From contig BQFW01000005.1 in assembly GCA_020891255.1 (NCBI GenBank), positions 1,798,001 through 1,862,000 on the forward strand: a stretch of DNA of 64,000 bases, in the 5' to 3' direction. Origin of the DNA: Entomortierella parvispora E1425. Its lineage: Eukaryota > Fungi > Mortierellomycota. This document shows positions 45,884 to 58,914 of the stretch, piece by piece; the first letter of the stretch is position 1; each line of letters begins with the position of its first letter. The notes beneath the pieces are model-generated. The model saw only the letters and a list, made by a program, of their open reading frames with translations, was not told the origin of the DNA and did not search any database. Position numbers and translations under genes: made by a program.

Positions 45884-48107
45884 ATGTCATTCACCTGGTC
45901 AGACTCATTCACTCTGGGGGAGCCAACAAGCGCCAAAGGCGACAAGATCATCCTCCCCCAAGCAGCCCTCGAGGCTATCATCCAACAACACGCTTCAGCT
46001 CCACTACCGCCGCCACCAGAGGCCGACCCCAACTACGATCCTACCTCTTGGGCCCCCTCACCGTACGATCAGTTCCGTCCGCAAGCACCTCGTGAGCTGC
46101 CTTCCCCTCTTACTTTCCAGATCCGCAACCCTGCCAACCGTCTTCTCACGCACGGCGGTGTGAAGGAGTTCTCTGCAGAGGATGGACTCGTCCACTTGCC
46201 AGCATGGATGATGACTTCCCTGACCGTCGCTGTTGGCGATCCTGTCGCGATCAAATACACAGATCTTCCAAAAGGCGCCTGGGCAAAGTTCCGACCCATC
46301 TCCTCTGACTACATGGAGATTTTGGACTTTCGGGCGCTGCTCGAGAGTGTCTTGAGGTCGCACTACACCACGCTGACAAGGGGAGAGGTGCTAAAAGTCG
46401 GACAAGGCAACAAGGAGTTTTCTTTCGTGGTCGAAGAGTTAAAACCGAGTCCGGAAGCGGTCTGTATCACAGACACGGATCTGGAGGTCGACATTGAGCC
46501 TCTTGACACAGACATGGAGCACGATACTACCACAGGAAGCAAAGCAGCTGGAAAACGTGCAGCAAGGGATTCCACTCTCAAGATCGGATTCGAATCCCAA
46601 GGACGCGTTCATGTTGAAGGTTACCAGCACTGGACCGTGGATGTTCCTAATCGACAATCAGGCATACGAGTGCAAGTGAACGTACAGGAGCCTGGCGATC
46701 TGGATGTTTTGGTTTCGTTAAAGCAACCTGTCTCGCTGGAAGATCACATCTGGGCAGATTTCACGAGCTTGGGGACCAGGAGCATTGTCATCCCGGCATC
46801 GGATAAGGACTATGCGACTCAGCAAGGATCACAAACGCTTCATTTGGCGATCTACGGTCGGGCATCTTCTGTTGCAGAATCTCTCGGTTCTCCCGGAGAA
46901 TGTTTTTATGATATCCTGCTCGAGTATCATGATGCGGCGTCAGAGGACAGTTCCTCTTCAACCAGATCCGGGGCCACAACAGCGGCAGTAGAAGTACCTA
47001 ACAAGAATGCTCCAGGATATCAAGAATGCACAAACTGTGGCTCATGGATTCCAGAGCGGACCATGATGCTCCACAGCAATTTTTGTTTCCGAAACAACTC
47101 AAAGTGCGACCGATGCGGTGAGGTCATGAAGAAGGAAGAGCTCCAGGACCACTTTCACTGCGATCACTGCGACAAGGTAAGGATAGGCATACGAGAACTT
47201 GAAAGGGCCAGCAACCTTTGGTCATGAAAGAATGACTCACTTTTTTTTTTTTATGAAATTGTAGCATGGGCATACTTCCGAAAAGAAGAAGCACATGGAG
47301 ATTTACCATGGATGGTATCAGTGCTCGTGTGGATCGTTTGAATCGCCCTCGCTTCCGGAATTAGCACTGCACCGGCGAACGACATGCTCAGAACGATTCA
47401 TTATTTGTCAGTATTGCCACATTCTCGTTCAGCAAGGACCCCCAGCGTCTAATCCACGGGATCGTATTCGTGGACTCTCTTCTCATGAGTCTTACTGTGG
47501 CGACAGAACCATCCAATGTCAAAAGTGCAATCAGATGGTTTCTCTCAAGGATATTCAAGTCCATGCACAAAACCACGAGTTTCAACGGCAAAACCAGTCA
47601 ACCCCCGCCATCTGCTCCAACCAAAACTGTGTCCGACCAAAGTCCAGTAACGTTTTGGGGCTTTGTCAGTTGTGCTTTGGTCCTTATTGGGTGCCTACTG
47701 AGGATCCAAAGAATCAAAAGTTGATCCAGCGATTGGCAAGAAAGTACCATGGACAGTTGATGACGGGATGTGGAAATTCATGGTGTCGAAACCCTTGCTG
47801 TGCAACGTTCAAGGGAGAGCAGATGGATGCAACCACAGCTGCAACGGAATTGATGAAGATGTTGAAAGAGGCCAAAATTGGAACGCCAGCCACCTCTAAT
47901 GCAACAAATGGAGATGGAGGCGGCAAGTTGTGGCTCTGTGTGGATGAAGGCACGACTCGAAAGAAGGTCCTGGCCGAGTTGCTGTTTGAGGACATGAAGG
48001 GAAAGTATGCCATGGCATGGTGCGTCAAGGCCCTGGAGGCCGAGCGTACAGACCTAGAAGCTGCCGTACAATGGCTTAACTTGCAAGCACCTCGTATAAA
48101 AAAGTAG
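45884..48107 (+). CDS. UFD1-domain protein with TRAF-type zinc fingers (2 exons)
   Basis: GDKIILPQAALE..SPLTFQIRNP..THGGVKEFSAEDG..LPKG..KFRP..LLESVLRSHYTTLTRG is the UFD1 domain; Cys/His-rich fingers follow; intron 47176-47265; UBA-like C-terminus. Longer than canonical Ufd1. Confidence 0.85.
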
Positions 48108-48233
48108 AGTTGCCCTAAATAATAAACATTCAGTTTCCTCTTGAGTATCAAAGGACGGTTCAGAATCAAGACCTTTATTTTCTGTCTCAAGCAGCGCCTC
48201 ATGAAAAAAAACCCCCCCCAAAAAAGAGATTTT

Positions 48234-49405
48234 CTACGCCTTGGGAATTTCATGTGTTGCGCAGTGGATGCCACCACCTTTTTTCAGAGAGAGTAGAGAG
48301 AGTGAATGGGTCAGTGGGTGAATGAGATCAACAACATAAATCCGAGAGAGAGCGAACCTCACTTACCACCAACAGCAAGATAATCAATGCTGACAGCGAC
48401 AACTTGACGACTGGGGAAGGCCTTCTGTACAATCTCAACAGCCTGACGATCTGCAGTCACGTCTCCAAACTGGGGCAGGACCACTCCACCATTGGCGATG
48501 TAAAAGTTGACATAGCTGGTCACACTGTCCTCACAGTCAAGTTTGATATTCTGGCAGAGACGAATGTCAGCGCGAGACATCTGGCGTACCTCTGCTGGAT
48601 CAGGTTCAGGGAGTTCAATGATTTGTAACTGGCGGCCCTTGGCGTCTGTCGAGTTTCGCAAGACCCCCATGGCTTGCTCGTATTGCTGGATCCAAACCTG
48701 GGATTCCTTGTCGCTTGCAGGAGCAGGGAACGGACGACTGACCATGACCACTCCAGGAGCAACAAAACGAGCCAGACTGTCAATGTGCGAGTCCGTGATA
48801 TCATGGCCCTTGACGCCCTTGACCCAAATGACCTTCTGAGCATTCAATTCCGATTTCAGGATCTGCTCAATCTGATCGCGCGACTTGCCAGGGTTACGGT
48901 TGTTATTGACAATGCTACTCTCCGTTAACATGAGGGTACCCTCACCATCGGTTTCGATGGATCCACCCTCGGCCACGAGTTCAGATTGGTATACAGGAAA
49001 CTTCAAATAATCGAGCAAACTGGTGGCGACACGGGCATCATTTTTGCAGGGCTGCTTTCGACCCCAACCGTTAAAGTTCAGGCTCCAGCCGATGACACCC
49101 TTGCCGTTGGTCATGAAAAGAGGAGAGGTATCGCGGGCCCAAAGGTCATCCACTTTCATGGGGATAATGTTGATACCGTTGCCAAGTGCGGCTTTGGCCT
49201 CGTTGACATTGCTGGGTGGGACGAGCACTTGGACATACTCAAACTTTGAGATGGCTTGAGCAACGCGCGCAATGTCGGACTGAACCTTCGAGTTGAGGCC
49301 TTCCCAGCCAGTGGGCCAAGACATGATGGTTGACTGATGAGGCTCCCACTCTGGAGCAAAGCGATAGCCCACGGGGGAAGAAGGTAGGCTGGTTGATTGA
49401 CCCAT
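48234..49405 (-). CDS. Agmatine deiminase / Porphyromonas-type peptidylarginine deiminase family (2 exons)
   Basis: EWEPH, LWARD, FNGWG, EGGSIETDGEGT, HID, SYVNFY; intron 48366-48278 joins the final exon GGGIHCATHEIPKA* carrying the catalytic Cys. Start uncertain. Confidence 0.92.
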
Positions 49406-49783
49406 CCTACGCAGTGCCTGAAGGAGAGAAATGTTGGGTATTGAGGGGGGTGAAAATAAGAGGGAGCAAACAAAGGAAGACGATGAACGTGGAGCAAGAT
49501 ACACTATGTATTCATCACAACAAGAAAGGAGCGCGCTTTTATCTGGTCGTCCCAATTGTCCAGCGATTCGGTTTCAGCAAAAAAAATATATCTTTCAGCC
49601 ACCGTGCGAACCAATTTGCGCGACTGCTCGTGGGCTGTTGACGTGGTGAAGGCTGTGGCCTTTTTTCGCCGGGCATGGTGAACATGCTGACAGCACCTTA
49701 ATTTTTTCCCCTTTTGGACGAGTTCATGCATGGACAGAGAAGCGCCCCGCTTTTATTTATTTTTTTCAGAGTCCATTGATGTT

Positions 49784-51581
49784 CTACGAGTCAGGAGCCT
49801 TCCTCGATGCCAAGATCTCCAACGTCTTGATCAAGCTGTTCTGAGGTGCAGCAGGAACTGTGCCGCTGTCCTTGACAAGAGGTAAAAACGAGACTTGAGG
49901 CCTGTAGACTGCCGTCTTTCTGAGGATCATGATCCACAGCCAACGGGGCATTCTTCGCTGCACAAACCGGACCACGGCTGCGGTCATAGTCTAGGCAGCA
50001 CTCAGAGTTAGAGCCACGACATGAAGAAGCAGAAAAGCAAAACTCGGAAGGGTGCGGGAGAGAAAAAAAAATCATTACCTTGGAACTCGTCATGGCGTAG
50101 TATTGACTCTTCCTAAATTGCTCAATTGCAATTGGGAGCCGTTCATTGTAGTACTCATGAAACACCCTCTCGATCGCTTCGACGCCGGGCTTGGCGGGGA
50201 GGACATTGATCCAATTAGCCAGACAAACGGCATCATGAATTGCAGTGGCTGCTCCAGATCCCCCAGAAGGACTTAGTTTGTGACAGGCTATTTTGCATCG
50301 TCCGCACAATAAGCAACAGAGGCGATCCTCTTTGATTAGTACAAAAAAATAAAGAGTAGGGAGGGGGAACTCATTTCTGGTAATTGGAGTTGTGTATTCT
50401 TACCATCGCCCATGAGGACAATTCGCCCTGAAAACCAGGTCTGGAACACTTTTTCCTCAAGGGTTACTTTGGAAATAAGATCTTTGGGGGTCAAGTCGAT
50501 TAATGTTCCAAGGGTCGAGCCAGCTGGCCCATTGGGGATAGGAAAATCACGCACCGCAATGCACATGGCTTCAGTTGCCTCTGGTCCCCATTCCGTAGAA
50601 ACATCCTCTCCTTTGTGTTTTGTTTCCTCGAAATATTGCAACGCCATCCAGCAAATGGTCCTGTGTTTCGTGGTAAATGTAATCCACTGTTGTGAATGAC
50701 AAAAAAAAAAAAAAAAGTCGAAGTCAGTGGCTGAGTTGGGCATACTATCCATCGCAGGGCATACATCCTTTCCTATTTTTGTTACCGTGTACGGATTGCC
50801 TACTCCAACCATCTGATTACTCTGGCATGTTGCCTCCTGCATTTCAGGAAACGTTTCCAGTGGTAACGGTCCTGTCTGCCCCACCACACAAATACAGTCG
50901 TAAGGCAGCAGCGTATCATCCGAGTTGGGCAATTGACCTTTTTCTTTCAGCCTTGCAAACAATTCCCGCCGGACAACAGAATTCGCGCCGTCTGCGCCAA
51001 CTACAATGTCGCCCTCGTGCTCTGATCCATCCGTGCAAGTCAGTCTCACGCCTGTGTCCGTTGTTGTGAGAGAAGCAACCTTCTTGTTGAAATTGATTTT
51101 TTCTGCAGGAACTTGACGCTGCAGCAGGTCGTAGACGGCTGGACGAGAAGTTACTCTGGGCTCAGAGCCACCCATCTCTGTCAAGGGTGAGAAGTCGACA
51201 GAGTAATCAAAGACGCAGTGTTGATCCCGCATGTTGACTTTATGACTGACAAGGGAGAGCTGTGTGAACTGCTCATAAATGCCCAATTGACGGAAAAGCG
51301 ACGCCACGCTTGCTCCCATCGCCAACGCAGACCCTGAGAGAGTTCAAAAAAAATAAAAGTCAAATTCAGTTAAGAAAAGGGCCCGAGCTGACTGGAAGTT
51401 TGGTTCTTTTGTTATTGTTACCCAGTGGCTTGATGGTAGCTGCGCGCTCAAAGATGGAGTAAGGGACCTCTGCTCGCTCGAGGAGAAGTCCAAGTGCAAG
51501 GCCACCGACACCACCTCCAACTATCAAGACTGTGGGCCTGTCTTGCGCAGACAACGACTGCGCATGCAAAGACTGCGCCAT
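49784..51581 (-). CDS. FAD-dependent monooxygenase (group A flavoprotein hydroxylase type; multi-exon)
   Basis: VLIVGGGVGGL, VVGADGANS, RIVLMGD|ACHKLSPSGGSGAATAIHDA. Confidence 0.92.
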
Positions 51582-52523
51582 TTGATTGGCAGGGTGTGAA
51601 TGTACTGAAGACAGGAACGTCGATGAAAGAACCAGAAGGAATGCTGGAGCAGAAAGCCAGTCGTCTCTCCTGGAAAGAAATGGAGAAGTTGAATTGGATG
51701 TAGAATTAAAAATGGGAATGGGCGAATTTGCCCATGGACTCGAGATTGACCGAGATTGACAGGCGCTTGCGTCCTGACCTTTCATTGGCTCCAGACACTC
51801 GTCAAGATCGATCAGGCACATGCCAAAAAGGGGAAAGTGCGACCGTGCGGCGCTTGTTTTGAGCACCCCACAGCTACCTTTGCAGGGATACGTCCACCTG
51901 GCTGGGGGTACAAGTGATCCACGTTTGTCTCCATGGTGCGCTCCACAATAATCGCGTCATTGAAGAGGAGCGCGGTAATCTCAGCACATGGACCCACTGC
52001 GGAGTGACAATTGACTAGCGCTCTTTTTTTTCATTTCTTTTCGTCCGGAGTTGGCCTCTGCATTGATGTGGTCTCCGCACGACCCAATTCTGAATTCATT
52101 GGACAAACGACTGCTTGCAGGCGACAACAACCGCACGAAGTCATCTCGGAAGGACTCTACATCCGCACCCTCCCGTGAAAAGTGGGTTGCATTCTAAACA
52201 CCGGAAAACTATGAATGACTATCGCGTCGTGTAACCATCGAAAAGTGGGGTTTAGGTGGGGCTCAGGCTCTGCTGGAGGGTATGAATTGGGGTGAAAGCT
52301 CATCTACGGGCCAAAGTAAACTAGCCATCGGATGAAGTCGCAATCAAAGGCGTGGTTAAACCCAGGATCAGACGGCCTGTGCATGTGTATGAAGACGGAT
52401 GCCATTGATATAAAGGCATGGTCAAGGATTGCTCGTTTCTCCCCTCGCTTATTCTTTCTCTCTCTCTCTCTCCCGCCCCCTCCATCCTCTCCCCGTCAAC
52501 GCCCACCCTTTATATTTCAAAGG

Positions 52524-54363
52524 ATGTCACCATCACGCACCCCATCCCCGCCTCCCACCTCACGCCCTAGGGTTCTCATTGTTGGAGCGAGTATTGGAGG
52601 ACTTACGCTGGGTTTACTACTAGAAAAGGCGGATATCCCCTATGTAATTTTTGAGTCTTCCCCATCATGTAAACCAATTGGTAAGTCTCGATCATTCTCG
52701 ATATCACACTTTAAAGAGTAATGGTAACTGAACTGATGTATCCGGCTGGTCACTGGGTCCTTTTAGGGTCACCAATCTCCATTGGAGGCGATATGAGTCC
52801 TCTCTTCCATCAGTTGGGAATCTACAACGCCTTCAAGAGTGCTTCTGTTGAGAGCAGCAAAATCTCGATGCACAATGAAAACGGTCTCTTGGACTTTGTG
52901 CTCGATTTTTCAAACCTGAAAACTTTGTGAGTTCATCAAAGGAAGGTCTCGAGGATAGAAAAAAAGGATGGGTTGCTCACTCAATGCTTCACCATTTTCT
53001 TAAACCCATCGTGTACAGGGAGGGAGCAGAAGGCCGAGTTATATCTCGCGTTGCCATCTATGATATTCTACTCCGGAAGGTCCCCCGGGATAAGATCCTG
53101 TTCAACAAAAGTATCCTGACTCTGAAGAACACGGAGACCGGGATCCATATCAATTGCTCGGGCAATTCCCAATATCAGTTCGATGTTCTGGTGGGAGCCG
53201 ATGGAACAAACTCTAACGTCCGCCAAAGTATTTATGATCAGTTAAGAAAGGAGGGCCGTTTACCACTTGAAGATGACCTCCCTTTAATTCCTAAGGGCAT
53301 ATGTTTTGAGGGTCAGACATCCCCTCTGAATACAGAGCAATTTCCAGAGCTTTCGATCAACAGCTCCTTGTTCAACTGGATGCGTGGTTCCAGTAAACCG
53401 TTCTCGGTAAGACCATCTCTCTTCCTTCAATTTAGGGTTCTACTCCCACTAACTATTCACACAGTGGACTACATACAGCACCAAGTCCAAAGCAGTAGGT
53501 TGGACAGTCGTTCGGAATTTTGATCACAAAACGCCAAGGCAACTCGATGCACCCAAAGCGCTTGATTGCAACATCACTGAAATATCCAGTGAGGTCAGAC
53601 TTTTACCGATTCCAAATGGTCCTCCAGGATCGACCCTTGGAACTCTGGTCGATCTGACACACAAGAACTTGATCTCGAAAATCTGCTTCGATGAAAGGGT
53701 CTTCAGAACTTGGTATTTTGGACGAGTGGTGCTGCTGGGTGATGGTAAGATAAGACATATAGATCTACGTCTGGGCATTCTCGGCCGTACAATTCATTAC
53801 AATCCCCTGACCTCATTCTGTCCTTGTTGATTTACAGCATGCCGAAACTTGAACCCCAGGACAATCGGCGAGACAACAGCAATCCAAGATGCAGTGTGCC
53901 TAGCCAATTGGATAAACGTCCTTCGCAGCAGGGATGTCTCTGCTGTGGAGGGGATTTTTCATGAATACTATGAAGAAAGATACCCAGCCTCCATCGTGGG
54001 ATGTGGAAAGAGGCGATTTTTCGAATCGATCAACTCCAATGTAGGTCACAGTGCAACTTTTTTTTTCTTGTATTCCCTTGTTGAGGTGCAAAGGTCGCGT
54101 CTACTCACCCCTCAGTATACTGTGTTTGAATCATTTCTCAGAGCTTTTTCGGGATGCTTGCACGTTTGTTTCAGCGGTGGACTCCAAGCTGGCTCTGGAC
54201 CCTCCTTTTGAAAAAGAAGGCTTCTGTCCTAAGACCCCAAGTCTCATATCTGCCTTTAGAGGATGATCGAGGCACAATTCCTTCTGTCCCGCAGAGAAGC
54301 CTGATCAAAACCACCGAGATCTTGATTTCTCAAGGCCGTCATGTTCAAGCGGCCGCTGTGTAG
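52524..54363 (+). CDS. FAD-dependent monooxygenase paralog, diverged motifs (multi-exon)
   Basis: VLIVGASIGGL, LVGADGTNS, RVVLLGD|ACRNLNPRTIGETTAIQDA; same exon organisation as the neighbouring gene. Confidence 0.85.
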
Positions 54364-55011
54364 AGCTGAAAGGGGGTTTTGAAACTGATGACTGCAAAAA
54401 GAATAATAAATGATTCTGTCATGGTCATAATGTGGTCACTTGAGCCTGCCGCAAGTGCTTTTCCTTGTCTGATACTCGTTGCCTCCAACCCTCTACGAAT
54501 ATCGGTTGTGGGTTTAAACTTCAAGGTGCCGTTTCGCATGGTTGCCCCAGTTTTCTCATAGGCATGCAACTGAGCCATTGAGATCGTTGCAGATAAACCT
54601 ACTCCTCAGATTTTGTGTAAAATCAAGCCCATGGGAGCCCTCTCCACCTCGAGTGTACCCTGCCGCTGTACTACCTTCTTGTCCATTCATTAAACCTTGT
54701 TCCGTCGATAAGGATTTAGACATTCTGGTTTGCTTCGTATCCTTCTCTCAAATGCACCCTTTTGACCAGCAGAGAAGTCATTATCAGGTCGAAGTCGATC
54801 GATTTGTGTATTTACAGTACAGCCCTCATTTTTTTATTTTCGGCTAAACTTTCTTACTTCTCTCTTCGTAAGATCCTGTTGAGTGTGACGCTGATATATT
54901 GGTACAACCTCTTGTATTCACGGTGCAGGATGGAGAATGATGCCGGTGCCGAAGCTGGAGGGGGTTTCCAGCAATGCAGTTGAACAAATGATCACATGGG
55001 TAAAGTTTTCT

Positions 55012-56076
55012 CTACACACGACCAGCGTCCAGTGTCACCTCAGCTTGCATTTTCGGGGGCAGGGGGGTTGGTTCGCTAGTATGAATCAGAACATCATAGA
55101 AGCAAGCACCGATTAAAGCGCCGAGGAATGGAGCAACGATTGGCACCCAGAAGTAATGACTCTGTTGAACGAAAACGTGAAAGCTCCATCCGGCAATTGC
55201 AGTGAAGAAACGAGGTCCCAGGTCACGAGCAGGGTTGAGGGCGTAGCCCGTCTGGTAACCGTATGAGGTACCAATGAGGGTAATTGTGAGACCAATGATG
55301 AGAGGTTGAAGATTGCCAGCAGGGTTATTGCCCTTGTCAGAGGTGGCAAGAATGACAATTAAGAGGAGAGCCGTGGCGATAACCTCGAAGAGAAAGGCAT
55401 CCCAGGTGCTGATGTCTGGAGTCTGGGGTGCTGTGAAGAAGATTCCCGTTGTCGTAGAACGTTCGGCAGCTTGCAGAGCAGGTCGATTTCCAAGGAAAAC
55501 AATAAAGGCTCCAAAAAAGGCACCGAGGAACTGAGATACCATGTATATTGGCACTTCAGCCCAGGGAAATCCTCGAAAGACAGCCAGTGTGAAAGTGACA
55601 GCAGGGTTGAAGTGAGCACCCTATTCATATCGACAACAGTAATGAAGGTCAGATCATGGCCGACAGCTATGTCCTACCGTTCACACCCTTCTTTTTTCAG
55701 GGGCTATGCAGATCCTCACAGGACGTGGAACTTACAGAGACACCTCCGGCAACGTAGATGGCAGCAATCAGTCCAAGACCCCAAGCTAAGCTCACAGTGA
55801 ACCATGTGTTATCTTCAGAGAAGACTTTTTGAGCAACAGCTCCGCAACCGAAAGCGATCAAGACGGCGGTGCCCAAGAACTCGGCCAAGGGCCTTCTGAA
55901 CTGTTGTTATTATTAAAGAAATGACGTCAAAGGAGGGGGTGAGGTCATTAGTATCTCCTTGCAGCAGCAGTGACAACAATTCGAGAACGAAGAGGGGTAA
56001 AGAGGTGTACCTTGTGGCGGAATCCTGTCCAATTAGTGCTAATGCCTGTCCACATGTTGCGAATTCCAGTTGGCAT
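55012..56076 (-). CDS. Aquaglyceroporin (MIP family, GlpF-like; 3 exons)
   Basis: Spliced MPTGIRN..FRHK|FRRPLAEFLGT..GGVS|GAHFNPAVT..GYALNPARDLGPRFFTAIAGW; both NPA boxes present. Confidence 0.93.
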
Positions 56077-58914
56077 GAGATGAAGATGGTGAAATGAGAG
56101 AAAGACAACGATGTGGGGTGCCTTAATAGGTGTCTGGGGGCGTGGGGGGGGGGCGAAAGTCTACCGCTAGCCCGGGCGTACAAATACCCATGATCACATG
56201 ACCAAGGCCGTTTTGCCGATCGGGCGGGGCATTTCAGTTATATGGGTCCACAGAACATGGGCTGGCTGGCTACATACAAGTCTGTATGGAAGTCTCCAGC
56301 CCCATCTGCTGTGGGGGAGGAGTGGACAACTCGTTGCACAACCTTATGTTGGTGTTCGTTTGCACATGGCAATCGACTTCGAACGAATAGGCTCTTTGAC
56401 CGCCGCGATGTCTTGTACATTCTCAGCAGATTCTGCATTACTTTTTCGGGCGGAGCGCAAAAGATCTCTTCCCCGGTTGCGGGCCGCTTGGAAGATGTTT
56501 CACTTCTCCTTTGGGGAGAAAGGTCAGGAGTCGACTTCAGATTCCTTTCCCCAGAGATGATTGATGAGAGGCATGGCTGGTGTAGGGAATGAGAGATGGT
56601 GCACATGTCCACCACGCATGAGCACAAGTGCACGACCTCTGTAACTGAAATCAACCTGGCCTACCTGCTGACCAAGTCGTCTGTGCTACTCACCCTTGAA
56701 CGTAAACAGAGTTATCAAGATTAATATTCTGGGGAAGAGTCGAGGCTCTCAGGAGGTTTGTACCTTTGTGTCCACGGAACTCCACAACAATTAAGATTCA
56801 ATGGTTCTCACTTCTGCCCCTGTTTGTTTTCAAGGTTTTAGGACGGCGAGAGGATCAACCGAGCCGGAACAAACAACTACTGTATGCACGATACAACAGT
56901 ATGTACAGTTACGGTACCGTGCACGGAACACTCTCATCTTCTCACCTGATCACAACGAAGCTGTATAGTACTTTCCTTGCACCTCCTAATATCTCTGAGC
57001 ATCGTCGACCTAGTGTCCTTGCAGTTCTACCCTGTAACCTCACCCTGTCTGGTATGTTCACACACAGCGACGGCAATGACGGTCAGTGGCAATTAAAATT
57101 AGGATCAAGAGTTTCATGGTGGTCATTCAATTGAAATACAAGTACTGCAATGTTGAGTTTACGAAGGACGGCCAATTGTGGTTCAAAAATGGATTATCGG
57201 ATGATGGCCCAATTTGGGAAGGTGAGTTTCATGTACAGTAGATACAGTACACGTGGGTTTGTGTTTGTGGGAACAGGAAAGATGGAGGTACATAGGCGGA
57301 GTTTTTTACGGTTGGGTTTGCATTCTTAACATCTTGTACCACAGAAGGCACCGCTTGTAGAAACCCCGCCGGAGTTGCATCTGATCATGTAGGAAGCTTG
57401 TTATCCCGAAGGATGTTTTTGGACCTCTTAGAATAGCCTACCTAGAACCGAAACTGCCGAGTTCAAAACTGCCCACCGCTCCCAAGCATAAGGTGCACTT
57501 CCCCATCACCTTCCTGATGATTGCCCTTGCCCTCTTTGTTTAAGCTGCCCTTCTACGGTATGAAATCTATGACAGAGCGCTTGGATTTGTCACTCTGAAC
57601 TGAGAAAATAAGAGCCGCCTGCCTTTTTATTAATGTTCGTAAAAAAATCTAATTCCCTGTTGATGGAGCAGGCTAAGTGTTTTGAAAGCGAGACGAGGAG
57701 AACTACGGCGTGCTGAACATGCTTGGACTTGATACTCTCTGCAACCTCAGACTATTATCTCTCAAATAACTCAACACCATGTAAAAAAAAAAAAAAAAAA
57801 AAAAAATGCGAGGATCAGGAATCTGCCTACAGGATCTGGCTGCGATTAGGTCTAGGTGAGTGTCCTCCATTCTCTCGCAGAGACGCAGACGCTACATCGG
57901 TATATGTAGTGCTGATGCATCGGACACATGCCGTCACACTGTCAGAAGACCATTTTGTAACGTTTGAGCGAAGACCATTCACTCGTCTTCCTGCTTGTAA
58001 CAAAGGGCCATTTTGCAGTCGCTTCTCATTTTATTTTCATCATTTTATCGCATCCCGTAAGAATAACACCTTTGGCTTCTAGTTTTTGATCCTTCTTGCT
58101 TGATATGGGAGACCTGTCTTTTCAATTGTCTTTGCCATTCTCTTCTCGCCAACCCCAGAATCACTGAAGTATTTAGGAGTTAGATTGATAGTGTTTGCTC
58201 ATGGTCTGATTGACAGAGACTCGCTTTACCTTGACTTATTGGAGGCAAATGCTCTTGAGCTCCAGCAGCAGCAGTGGAAACTCGTGTAATAAATCGTGTC
58301 GACAAATGTCCTCATATTTTGAAGCGCTTGAATCCAGTTCTTTCCCGTCATAGTACGCAACAAAACAAAGAGTCTCGGAGGACGAGGGTAGGCCACCTAT
58401 TGTTACAGCTCTCTTCGCGGGCCCACAGCAGGGTGAACATGCCAATATAAAATAGGAGACATGCGAAACGCACTTTGCAGCTGCTGGCGCAATAAAAAAA
58501 AAAAGGATCTGCATCGTGCCTTTATTTATTATCCGCCTAGACTGATCGCTCATGAACTTTCTCCCCCTGTTCTATTACCGTCTTTCTTCTCTTACCTCAT
58601 GTTCCTCACTTTCCTCTCTTGCACCCCTCTCTCTTATGCCATCCTTCTCTCTTGCCTTCCCTCCCCTCTCTCTTGCACTTGTTTCTCTTGTCTCTCCCCT
58701 TTTGTGTATTGCTCTTTGTGTGGTGCATTCAAGTCCTCATCGTTCGGCTCGTTTATTGCATTTACTTCTTTCCCTGCTTGTCTTTTGCATTCAGCTCTTG
58801 CGTCCTTATCTTTTGCATTTCCCTTATCTCTCTCATACCCCTCGTATCCTTGTCTCCCTCGCCTCTTACGCTCGCCCCTTCTCTCATCTCTAACATCGCC
58901 TGAAACCAACTCAC

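Noticed and set aside
6005-48107. Apparent cluster of ubiquitin-pathway genes (HRD1, MGRN1-like, HEI10, UFD1-like)
   Set aside because: Unrelated pathways, interspersed with other housekeeping genes over 40 kb; RING genes are common enough for chance.
48359-49555. Agmatine deiminase seemingly lacking its catalytic Cys (ORF track ends AVGGK*)
   Set aside because: A GT-AG intron (48366-48278) supplies the exon GGGIHCATHEIPKA*.
56198-56654. Overlapping ORFs upstream of the aquaglyceroporin as extra exons
   Set aside because: The MIP gene is complete from ATG 56076; no family motif or clear splice link.
56700-58900. Helitron 3' terminus (hairpin plus CTRR followed by T)
   Set aside because: Several CTAG sites, but none with both the flanking T and a convincing GC-rich hairpin.
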